This document shows positions 25,197-36,371 of a DNA stretch of 64,000 nt, piece after piece. Position 1 is the first letter of the stretch, and each line of letters opens with the position of its first letter. Under the pieces are notes generated by a model. The model searched no databases and had not been told where the DNA came from. It worked only from the letters and a program-made list of their open reading frames with translations. The position numbers were made by a program, and so were the translations under genes. Source of the stretch: Vitrella brassicaformis CCMP3155 (taxonomy: Eukaryota > Protista > Chromerida); the NCBI GenBank assembly GCA_001179505.1, contig CDMY01000973.1, positions 124,001 to 188,000 on the forward strand, given 5' to 3'.

Positions 25197-25780
25197 ATGG
25201 CGAGTGGAGACAGAGCATCAGAGCCCTCCACCTCAGCAGCACCCGAGCAACAGCAGGAGGCCGGTGACGTGCTGGCTCTTCTCAATGAGGTGCGCGTGTT
25301 CTCCTTGCGGCAGCATTTTTCGTATCATGAGCCCCACATGGCTATCTGCCTGTCTGCAGTTTGTGGTGCGGATTCAGGCGAGGGAGTTTGAGCGGGCAAT
25401 GGAGCTGTCGCGGCAAGGTCAGCCGTTCGGACATGCAGCCAGCTATCCGTCTCTTCGTTCTCACTTCTGTGGGTGCAGTTTTGGAAATCGAGCCCGACAA
25501 TCGGCTGATACAGGTGAGATGGATGGGCCACACGACAGCACATTGGGGGGGGGACGGCATGGATGTATGGGCGTGTGTGCCACACATGGTGGGATGGGTG
25601 CAGCGCTATCAGCCGATCTTGGAGCAGTTTCTGAAGGACCGTGAGATGCTCGATATGCTGAATGACAGCGACGGCGATGAAGAAGAGGATGGTGGAGACG
25701 AGGAGGAGGAGGAAGACGAAGAAGGAGGGGAAGAGATCAACGGCGAGAGAGAGGAAAGCAAGACGGACAGGGCGGGGTAG
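25197..25780 (+). CDS. Small helical (TPR-like) protein with acidic tail, ERICH2-like; 4 exons
   Basis: Spliced: ..VLALLNE|FVVRIQAREFERAMELSRQ|VLEIEPDNRLIQ|RYQPILEQFLKDRE..DEEEEEDEE. This resembles the glutamate-rich protein 2 core (recalled as EF..A.M..DY..A.KLCQMILIYEPEN). Confidence 0.65.
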
Positions 25781-26603
25781 CGTCGTACATGGCCCAAGAT
25801 TGTCCTCTTCTATCTCTACTGCTACGTCTTTGTATGTGGCGGGTCATTTTGTTCAATGTGGGCTGTAAGGGCGGTGCATGTCTTTTGTCATCCATCATCC
25901 ATCCACTAATGTGTCCCAGCCCTTACAGCGTGTCAAGAGAAGACATGTATGTGTCCGAGCCAAGTTCATGAGCCCTCCCTGACGAAAAACAAGACAGAAG
26001 GGAAGGAATAGACTGCATGCATTGTGTGCACTGGAAAATGAGGCACTCACTCACGCACACACGCACAACTACAAAACGACACACGACAAGCAGACAATGT
26101 TCGCCGACACACGATTTCTCTCTCACACCGCTGTTGTGTGAGTCGCAAAACGAGCGTCCGTCACTTTCTTGGCGTGTCGGTCTGTGTGTGCATCTGTGTC
26201 GACTTCCGACACTCCTCCAACAGCTGCACCAGAGGCCAATCAGTGGATGACTCCTGGTTCAGCTGATGGAGAGGGGTGGCAAGACAACATAGATGCGCAC
26301 GGACCGGCACGACACGCAGACCGATAAGAGAAAGTGCTGACTGACTGACACGAAGGCACGTACGAAGGCCATCACGAGAAAGGGACAACTAGCACCAGGC
26401 TGCCATCCATCATTCTACCCACTACAAAACCACCCAGTTCTCTGCACCCCCCACCAAATACTATCAAATGCACTCGCCGCCACACCAACACGCAGCTGGC
26501 TGTTCATGCATCAGTCCATCCATCCATCCATCCATCCATCCATCCACACACACACGCACACTCCGCTTCCCTCCGTCTGCTGTGGCTCGGTCGCACGTAT
26601 CGT

Positions 26604-27924
26604 TCACAGCAGCCTGCTGTTGACGAAATCCTCCACCCCCTGCTTGCCGATGTCTGGGTGGTCGACGAAGACCCCGTCGATGCCCGCCTCGAGGAACAGC
26701 TCCATCTCGCCAATCATGTCGCCGATAGCCGTCTCGTCGGTCCCATTGCGGAAGTTGAGAGGAAGGAACTCGTTCTCCGCTCTGAAGGTGAAGGGGTGGA
26801 CGACCAAACCGGCGGCGTGGGCGTCATCCACGAAGGTCGTCTTGGTGTCGGCCGAGAGTGTGTCGTCGTCAGCCCGCGGCATGATGAAATGGTATTTCTC
26901 AGGACCGACCCCACTAGCATACTCCGCGATGGCTTTGAGCCCGTCTGCTGTGGCCATTTCGTCGTAGGTGAGCGTGCCGTTGCTGAGGACCTGGTCGAAG
27001 GGCTGGCCGGACGAGTCGAGCAGCTGCACCAGGGGGATCTCGGTCATGCCGGCGAGCTTCTGCAGGTTGGCCACCTCGAAGGACTGGATGAAGACGGGCG
27101 CGTCGGGGCCGGAATAGCCGTTCTCGGTGAGGACGGCGAACAGGGGCTCCTCCATCTGTAGATCCAGCGAGGCGAAGTGGGAGGGGTGCTTGGTCTCGGG
27201 ATAGACGCCGATGGTGCGGTTGACCACGCTCTCCATGGCCTGGACGAGCGAGACGATCTCCTCCAGCGTCGGCACCTCGAACATGCGATCGAACCGGGTG
27301 TTGGCAGGGCGCGTTTCAGGAATCCGCTCAATTGCTCGCAGGGTCTTGATCTCTGCACATGGACGATACATCAACAGAGTCACAACACACAGAGAACGGT
27401 TCACGAGTGGCTGGACGTCGGCAGTGCACGTACCCTCCAGAGTAAAGTCCTCACTGAACCAGCCCTCGCTCTCCTTGCCGTCGACAGACTTGGTCGTCTT
27501 CCGGTCAGCAAACTCAGCTCTCTCAGCGATGTCTGTCGTCAGGTCGAGGACGTTGTCGTGTCGCCTGCACAGAGAGAACAACACCGCACAAATGAGACCT
27601 TGGGTGCACCCGAACAACCCCAAATCGACAGATGCACTCACGCGATGAGGTGGCCGTCTTTCGTCATGACAAGATCTGGCTCAACATAGTCGCTCCCCTG
27701 AAGAATGGCGATGGCATAGGCGGCGAGGGTGTGCTCAGGGATGTAGCCGGACGCTCCCCTGCGACGGCAGCAGGGCCAGCAGGCATGATCATGTGTGTCG
27801 ATTCGTGCATGCATCTCTGCGCGGCGTACCGATGTGCGATGACGAGGGGATACTCCACCTGGCAGAAGGCGATGGTCGCCAGAGAGGCTATCGAGAGGAG
27901 GATGCTGACGGTGTGACATGACAT
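26604..27924 (-). CDS. glpQ: Secreted glycerophosphodiester phosphodiesterase (GlpQ-like GDPD)
   Basis: Signal peptide, IAHR|[30 protein letters not shown]|[36 protein letters not shown]. Confidence 0.95.
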
Positions 27925-27964
27925 GGCGATGATTCAAAACAAAGCAGATCTACGAGGTTGAGAG

Positions 27965-30900
27965 ATGACAGAGCAGATCTACGCAGGGAAGGCGAGAAGC
28001 GAAGATACGAAGGCTGGGGAGAAGATCCAGCCGTCGGACTTTGGGCTTGGCCGATCGCTTTCACAGGTGAGACTGGGGGCACAAACACAAAGGTGGAGGA
28101 AGGAGACGATGGCGCTTATCCAGACGCCTCAGTTCTTCATGACGCCACAGACGCGTCGGAAGACCCTCGATGCAACCATCAGGAGGCAGAACACACACAG
28201 GAAATCCATTCTCCACAAGATGGGTGGGTGCCTGGCTTCAACGATCGCACGAACATACAAAGGACAACCACACAAAGACGCGGTTCTGCGCGTGCATGTG
28301 TGTGTTTGTAGGATTCGGCGAGGACTCATCCTCCAAGGCCTCCCCAAAGCCCTCGCCGCGAGGTTCCAAGAGGTACAGCAAGAAGTCATCTGCTCTCGGA
28401 GCGGCAGCCTTCGCCGCCATCAACGTCGGCGAGCGGGGACAGGAGAACAACACCAACGGCTCGCCTCGCACGTCCACGGTGGCTAACAGGGCGTCCTTCA
28501 TCAGGGCCGGTACGCAGTCGGGGTTCGTCCAGAAGGTAGACAACTTCATCAAGCGTCAGGACCTGGGTGCGTCCATCGGTGTGCGGGTGGGCATGTCCCG
28601 CCCGCCTGGGCAGCGCAACGCGGAGGAGGTGCAGGCCATTCTCGCCTTTATGAAGAGCGTTGAGTTCTTCCGCAGCTTGGCGGAGAGTCAGCAGCTGCAT
28701 CTGTGCCAGCGCGTCACGTGCATCACCTTCCCCAAGGGCGGTGTGCTCTTCAAGAGGGGGGACAAGGGAGACGCCTTTTATATCGTCCTGTCGGGACGGG
28801 CAAACATCTTTGTGCCATCGGAGAACTGCCCGAACACGTGAGCCCACGAGACACCATAGGACAAGAGAGAGAGAGAGAGACAGCGCGGGCACTGTTCCTT
28901 ATCTCTCTGTGGCGGGCAGGGTTGTTCCGTGTCGGCCGGGTCAGTGCACTTGTGAGAGAGAGTCCATCTGTGTGGCCAAGCTGGGCGCAGCCCAGGGGTT
29001 TGGAGAGCTCGCCCTTTTCTCGGAAGACAATCAACGAGCGGCGACCGTCGTGTGCAGTGATGCGACCGACCTCGTCAAGATCTCCAAGCAAGACTACCTG
29101 GACACAATGGCTGAAGTGCATCGCGGCGTGCTCTCAGAGCGACTGGACTTCCTGAGGTCGCTTCCATTCTTGGCACATATCGATCAAAACGAGCTGCAAC
29201 AGGTGCAATCGACAGCACACCTTCCCGCGTGTCTTTCGATGGCCTTCGATGGTCTGCCTGCCTGTGTGCTTCTGCAGATGGCCAATCTTCTGGAGAAGAA
29301 GTTCCGCATTGGTACCGAGGACCTCCTCGCTGTTCAGGGCAAAGTGGCCGACCGCCTAATTCTCGTCTCCCAAGGCTGCTGTCGCGTCATCAAGGCCGTC
29401 CTGGTCAGCCCACAAGGCCGCGTTGTCACCGACGCCGACCGCAAGCCAAAGAAGCCGCCCAAGATTACCTTCAACGCCCAGGAAGAGGAGTCGGCGATTC
29501 CGCGGCGGAAGAGCTCGATGGAGACGCTGAGGACGCTGAAGCAGCAGGGCCTCATCAAGAGCCGCTCGCGGAAGCTGAGTCGACTGACCTCGGCTGTGAC
29601 ACCCAACAGGGGCCAGACCACGCGGCCAAAGGTACATACGCACGGATAACCAGGTCCAAGGCAGACTATATACGGTCAGCTATCGGGTTTGGTTACTTGC
29701 CTGTCTGATCAGCTGGTGCAAGTTGGCACATTGCGGCGGGGTGGCGTTTTCGGGCTGCACGAGGCCCTCAACAACCTGTCATTCTACTCATACAGCCTGG
29801 CGGCCGATCCCTACTGCGAGACCCTTGAGATATCGCGAAGAGCATTCGTCAAGCGGCTCAGCAGGGTGGGTTGGCGGGCAGTCTGTGTCTCCATCTGTGC
29901 CGGCTGGCTGACAATTGTGTGTGTTGTGTCTGCAGAACGTCGTACGTGCGTTCGCTGAGCACACCGACGACCTTGCATTGCCGACAGTTGCCCAAATCGC
30001 AGACGAAGTGCGTCGAGCGGATAAGTAAGTGGGCAGAAAAGGTGACTTGTGACTGGTGCTTGCCTAGATGCGCTTCTTCAGGTGGCAGGCCTTCTGTAAT
30101 GACATGACTGAGAATGTTGTGGTGGATAGGATCTATAAGCGGGCGCTGCAGGCCACAGCAGGCACACAAGCGGTGCGAGATATGCGTCTCTTGTGCATTC
30201 AATGGATATGTGCGCTTTTCTGTAGGTGACTCGTGGCGTCCCTCTCATTGATGCGGCCCTCCGCAGTTTGAAAGACCCTGTTCTGGCGCAGGCCTCTCGA
30301 AAACGGCCCCTTCTCCCCAAATCTCGTGCTGGCGAACGCGCAGAGCCTGCGTCCGCTCCAGAGACGGCGCCAGATACCATCCTGCCCATCGACATGGGAG
30401 CCCTCGAGGATGAGAATGGGCCGAAGAAGTCGGCCAAGACCTCCTGGCCCCAGTCCCACCGACCGCCTTCTGTGGCTGCCCCTGAGTCATTCGCCGCCCG
30501 CATCGACGCCATCATACTGGAGAAGATGAGGGAGAAGGAGGGCCTTGAGGACGTGGAGACCTACCCTTCGTATAGAAAGCGAAGGGCGTCAGTGTCGTCC
30601 ATGAGCGACCCCTGGCACCGAGGCAGCCCCAGAAAACCGCCGGCAGCACGAGACACGACCAATGCTGATCAGGGGGCTAAGGTGAAGCAGGTCGCCGGAT
30701 GGTCATTCGGTAAGGAGAGCGGCTGCGCACGGGGTCTCGTGGGGCGGGTGGATGAGCGGCTGTTGAAGAGAATAGCCCTGCTACCACTTACGGAGGTAAA
30801 GTTCAACGAAAAGGTGAGATGAAAACGGACAACCGTCACGCACAGGGCATGTGAAGTATGATGCTTCGGTCGGTTTTGTGTCTAGGATCTGTACCAGTTC

Positions 30901-31196
30901 GGGGTGACAACCAGCCGCTATCTCCAGGAGATGGAGAACAACAGCTTGTATATCCCCTCCACGTAAGTGCCTGCCTGCCCGCCAACAGACACAAGCATGA
31001 AGAGCACATTGGGTGTCGCGAGGAGACACATGTCTTCTCTCTTTCGTTTGTGCCGGTGCTGGGCGGTTTCAGTGAGATCCAGACAATGAACAAGTCTGCG
31101 GGCCCTCTGCAGCTGCTGGCGCACGATGACGCTCTTGCTGCAGGTCGATCGAGCGTACTTAAGCTACCTAGTCAGGTCATCAGGCAGAAACTATAG
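27965..31196 (+). CDS. Protein with two cyclic-nucleotide-binding domains (CNBD2-like)
   Basis: Domain 1: LFKRGDKGDAFYIVLSG..FGELAL..QRAATV. Domain 2: LAVQGKVADRLILVSQG..GVFGLHEA. The start (27965 or 28109) and last exons are less certain. Confidence 0.8.
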
Positions 31197-31454
31197 GCTG
31201 GCAATAGGGGACGAGTCGTGCGGGCCAACTGGGTGAAGTAGATCTGGGTAATATATTTTTCCTCGCGCGAACGGAGACAGATGGTGTGTGTTGTAGCAGT
31301 GTAGGGCGCTTTGCTGACGCATGGGACATTCAGCCAATGTCGCAATGTCTAAATGCTCACACGTCTCATACCACAAATCGCACCCTGCACATGTAACCAC
31401 GATTCAACTCTTCCGCCCGATTCATCCATCCATCCACCGATCGCCTCTAGTCAC

Positions 31455-34420
31455 TCACTTTCCTGGCTCCTTGTAGCACTTGACCGTATCAGGCTTCCCG
31501 AATTTTCCACCACAGTCCGTGGATTTCAGACACTGACGGCTGCCATCCGTTTTTTCACAGCAGCTGAGAGACAGACGAACGCAGATGGAGAATGCGGCTC
31601 TTTTCATGTGGTGTCCCATTTGTCTATGTCCCTTACCAGATGCCCCGGTTCTCCCCGGCACATGGCCCCGCCTCGGGTTTGCCGCACTTGATCCCCTTTT
31701 CAGGAACCGCTGCCGCTGTCGCCGGCTTCAAAGGTGCCGTGGTCGCCGGGTTGGGCACAGCGGCGGGCTGTGAGCAGGAGCCTTTGGCGGCGCCGCAGGC
31801 TGCGGAGCAGGAGTTGGCTGTGGCGAAGGGGCCGCAGTTGGCTTCGGTGAAGCTGGCTGTGGCGAAGGAGTTGCCGGCGGCGTTGGTGCGGAAACCTTCA
31901 CTGGTGCCTTCGTTTCTTGCTCTTCTTTTGATGGCGGCTTTTTCTCTTCTGGTGGCGGGTTGTCCTTTGAAGCTTCAAGGGCTCGCCGGTCACTCTCGGG
32001 GGTGGCGGCTGTCACCTTGTCTCCAGTGAAAGCCGATAATGTCAGATCGGTGATAAATGTCTCAATGGCGTCGCTGACATCCTTCCACGAGTCAGCATTT
32101 TGCAACGAGTCGATGACTGTATCTGACAGAAGGAAGCCATGACGTGTATCGAAGCTCATGTCACTTTCTTTCCTCCCGCACCTTTCACAAAGCACCAGCT
32201 GTCCCCAATATAGTGTTTCTTTCTCCAATCGACCACTTCCTTGTCGGTCGCAGGGAACGGATAATGCGACCGGTTGAACGCCTGGATTTGCAGCCTATCC
32301 ATCTTCTTTGCGTCATCCCTCGGAGTCACCACCTCGGTCAGTCGATCGCAGAAGAGCCGATCGACGTCGGCCCAGTCCTCCGAGTCAACCTTCTTACCGA
32401 GGGGTTTGGTTCGTCGGTAGTAGTGGATTGCGGCCGCGGCGTATTTGCCGATGGCGTCTCCCCAGACAGGTATGCAGATGCCGGGATAAAAGTCATCTGT
32501 CGTCACTTCAGCCGCTGCGCTTGCTTCCTTGCCAACTTCTTCCTTGTCTTGCTTCTCCTTCGAGCCTTCCTCAGACTTGGGCTGATCTTTGTCATCCTTG
32601 GCCGTCTCATCCGACGAGTCGCTCTTCTCACCCTTGTCTGGCTGGCCTGAATCATCTTTCTTGTCTGGGTGGTCTGGATTTGTTCTTCGTGGATGGTCAG
32701 ATAATTCCAATTGAGCACTCGCTGGCTTGTTGGGTGTCCGATTCACCGGTGTCTCCACAGAAAAATTCATCGTTACTTGCTGCGTTTCATACTCCCGCGG
32801 CTTCTTCTCTGCTGAGCTCGGCTGACTAGTCCGCTGCGTGGTTGTGGCTGGCTGTATAGGCTGTGCTGGTGTTGTTCCACGAGTAGCAGCTGTGGCTGGC
32901 AGTGTCTTGAGCATAGCTGCGCTCTGGCTGGCCGTTGTTGCAGACGCCTGAGGAGGGACATTCTGTTGCTTTCTGCCGACAGCCTGCTGCCCAATCGTTG
33001 TTGGCTGCCCAGATGCTATCGGTGTACCTCCAGGAGCTGTAGGATTGGTCTTCATAGCTTTCGCATCCTTCAGTTGGCTTTTTGGGTTTTCTTGCTGCTC
33101 CTGAACTCCCTTTTCCTCTCCTGGAGGGGCCTCCTCAACGACCTTCCTTTTGCTGTACCACTCTTTCGTCTGGAATTCCTGCTCCCTCTCTCTGTTAAGG
33201 TCTTCAGCCTTTTTCTTTAAGTCGTCCATCTCAGCCTGAGAGTCGCTGCCGTCCGTCTCCTTCTGCCCCTCCTTCATGTCTCTTGCCTTGTCTTCTGCAG
33301 CGCGATAGTCTCCGACCTCTTTGGCGGCTTTCTTGGCTTTCTCTGGACCGTTGGCAATGGCGTCTTCGATTGCTTTCAAGAGCCCCTTCCTCTTGTGCTG
33401 TTTCAGGTACTTGCTGAGTGTGTCCTTTGGAACAGCTGCACAGATAGAGTAGTGGCCCTTCTCGGAGGGCTCTTTGCAGCTGTAGGTTTGGTCGATGAAT
33501 GGCTCCGTAGTCCCCTTTTGGATGACGCACCAGCCGAAATGCTTGTCTTTCTGAGCAGAGGCCACCTTTGCGAAGTCCAGGCATTGAATGACAGTGATGA
33601 TTGCCTTGTAAGGGTCCTTGGTGATGTCTTCCACTGGGGGCAGAGTGCAATTGAACTCGGGCTTTGTTTTCTCTTCTTCAGCCGCTTTCTCCTTGCTGTC
33701 GCTCGCTTTCTCTCCTTCAGTGCTCTCGCTTTCCTTCTTGTCCTCTCCCTCTTTTGAGCTTTCCTCAGGCGGCGTCTTGGTGGTGTCCTCCTTGGTGTCA
33801 TCCGTCTCGTGGCTCTTCGTTTCCTCAGCTTTCGCTGGCGCCTCATCCGTCTCCGATGAGGCGCCCTTTCCGGGCTCCTCCTTTGGTGTTTCCTTCGTGT
33901 CCTCAGCAGGCGCTTCCGTTGTGTCCTTGTCTCCATTTTTCGGCGCCTCGCTGAGCTGAATCATCGTTGCCGGTGTCTCTGATGGCCAGTGACGGAATGC
34001 CACAACTGCAGTGATTGAAAGGAAAGCACGATTTCGTGTGATGGTATGTACGGGAGCGGACCTTGCAGAAAGGAAGCCGTTGAACGCTTCAATCGTTGCC
34101 TTTGCAGTGAGTCGTGCAGTTTGCCGAGATGAATCCTGACACCTGGGAGCGGAATGCACACGGCGTCGTCTCTTCCTTCCAAACCGACACACGCTTGTGA
34201 GGAAGTACCTCTGCGAAGGCGATACGTGTCAGCCTCATCAGCAGGCGTGGCATGATGACTCCTCCTGCAAAGAGAAACGGTGGGACGAAACGGAACTTCA
34301 AGAGCCATTGCCTCCTCGTCAGTCCTACATTTGCCAAGACCTTTGCAAGGGGGGCAGGGCTCTTCGGTTTTGGACGAATGAAAGCATGAAGAGGACCATC
34401 AGAAGGCAGGATGCTCTCAT
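31455..34420 (-). CDS. Secreted orphan protein with propeptide, E/K-rich linkers, Cys-containing modules, P/A/T-rich stalk and Cys-rich C-terminus; apparent 1-nt frameshift near 31772
   Basis: Signal peptide MRASCLLMVLFMLSFVQNRRA. Three short phase-compatible 5' introns, a 1.8-kb exon, intron 32123-32181, then an intron from 31636 into exon CCEKTDGSRQCLKSTDCGGKFGKPDTVKCYKEPGK*. Confidence 0.72.
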
Positions 34421-34516
34421 CGCATTGATTTGTGGTGGGGGGCCGCGTGAAACTGATTGCGCGCTCAAGTCACGATCGGGAAAGATCTGCGCGAGGCGAG
34501 ATCTCGCAACGTGCCA

Positions 34517-35870
34517 ATGAGTCGTGGCGATGAATGCATTCCCTCTACGATGTGCGCACAAGTGCTCGTCGGCCACGGCGGCGCTGACAAACTGGTTTTC
34601 CACGACGACTGGCCAACACCTCGACCGAAATCAGATGAAGTGCTCATCAAGGTCGGCGCATGTGGGCTGAACCCGACTGACATCAACACGCGGACGGCGT
34701 GGTACTCCAAGAAGGTCAAGGAGGGGCTGACCACCGATGGCGGCAGAGGCGGTTTCGGTGCCGCGGATGCACAAGACGCCAGCTGGAGGGGCCTGTCCAT
34801 CAATTTCCCGCGAATACAGGTCAGCACACACGAACACGGGGTGGCGCACGTGCAACAGCAGCATGCAGTGAATGGATGTGTCTTCAGGGAGCAGATGTCG
34901 TCGGCCGTGTCGTCGCCGTCGGCTCGTCCGTGCCGCCATCCCGCCTCAACGAGCGCGTGTTGGTCGACCCATGGATCAAGACGCATCCAGAGGACCCTAC
35001 GCAATGTGAGTATCTCGGATCTGAGTGCGATGGCGGAGCTTGTGAGTACACCGCTGTGCCATCGACACACGCACTCGCCATCGACAGTGACCTGACTGAT
35101 AGCGAGCTGGCGACTTTCCCCTGCACTCTTCATACGGCGGAGACGCTCGCGCTGCGGCTGGATGTGCAGCCTGGCGAGACCGTGGTCATCTCGGGCGCCT
35201 CAGGTAGGTCAGCCAGTGCACAGACATACGCTACTCGAACCACTGTTACATGGTGCGCTGGTTTGCGTCTGTTCTGCTATGCAGGGGGTGTCGGCAGTGC
35301 GGCCGTCCAGCTCTGCCATGTGCGCGGCGCCCGCGTGATCGCCATCGCCTCAAAGAGCAAGCACGACTTGGTCAGGTCCCTGGGAGCAGCTGCCGTGGTC
35401 GACCGCAACCAGCCACAGCTGGCGGCTGCCATCCTCAAAGCCGCCTCCAATCAGCCGATCGATGCCGCAATCGACGTCGTCGGTGGGACACTTTTCCCCC
35501 ACCTGCTCGAGGTGCTGCGCAGGGGCGGCCGATACGCAGCCAGCGGTGCCATTGCTGGTCCGATCTGTGAGATGGACCTGCGGTCGCTATACCTCAAGGT
35601 GACTGGGGGGAAGGGGCTAACATGACTGGGGGGTGAAGATGGACTGATTGCGAGTGCATCTTTTTTTTCCTGCAGGATTTGCGCTTGCTGGGCGCGACGG
35701 TCACTCCTGTGGGGACGATGAGGCGGCTGGTGAAGCTGATAGAGGAGAGGAGGGTGCGGCCTGTGCTTGCCAAGACATTCCCTTTGCGGCAGCTGCGTGA
35801 AGCCCAGGAGATGCTGATGGAGAAGAAGCATGTCGGCAACATTGTGGTGACCATGGAGGAGGAGGAGTGA
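34517..35870 (+). CDS. Medium-chain dehydrogenase/quinone oxidoreductase-like protein (bacterial MDR9-like), 3 introns
   Basis: GHGGADKL..EVLIKVGACGLNPTDINTR..WY, FPRIQ|GADVVGRVVAVG, ERVLVDP, LATFPC, VISGAS|GGVGSAAVQL, GAIAGP..DLRSLYLK|DL, KKHVGNIV. Confidence 0.92.
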
Positions 35871-36371
35871 GTGAGAGTGACCAAGGGGCGCCTCTTTTTG
35901 CGCCGGGGCGTTCTTGGCCCTTGCCTGTTGCATGCGTGTAAGCTGCAGAGTAACTGTCCTCTGCCTTTTTTTCACCTGAGTGCGCTATGTGGCCATGAGT
36001 GGATAGCCTGCTCGCTATTTGGGTCGTCGCGACTTCGTGTCAGCTGGTGTCGAGCCTGACATGAGACCGTGACGACTGGTGGGTGAGCAGACGAACACTG
36101 TTGGTTCAACGGGAACTGCATCGAGATCGATTGGGACATTTATCGGTGTGTTGCATGATCCACGCATGAAGGGTGAAGGTGTCTCATGAGGGTGTCTGTA
36201 TATCTTGGAGCCATCAAGATACTGCGGGGCACACCACACAGTAATACTGACTAGCGTCTAGGGGCAGCAGCAGCAGCAGCAGCAGCTGGCAGCTAGCAGC
36301 TACAGTACAAATCCTCCCTCCCCCCTCCCCACCTCACACCCACACCCCCACACACCCACTCCACCATCCAG

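Noticed and set aside
31780-31900. PSPQP/APQP tandem-like repeats as a minisatellite element
   Set aside because: An ordinary coding low-complexity Pro-rich linker.
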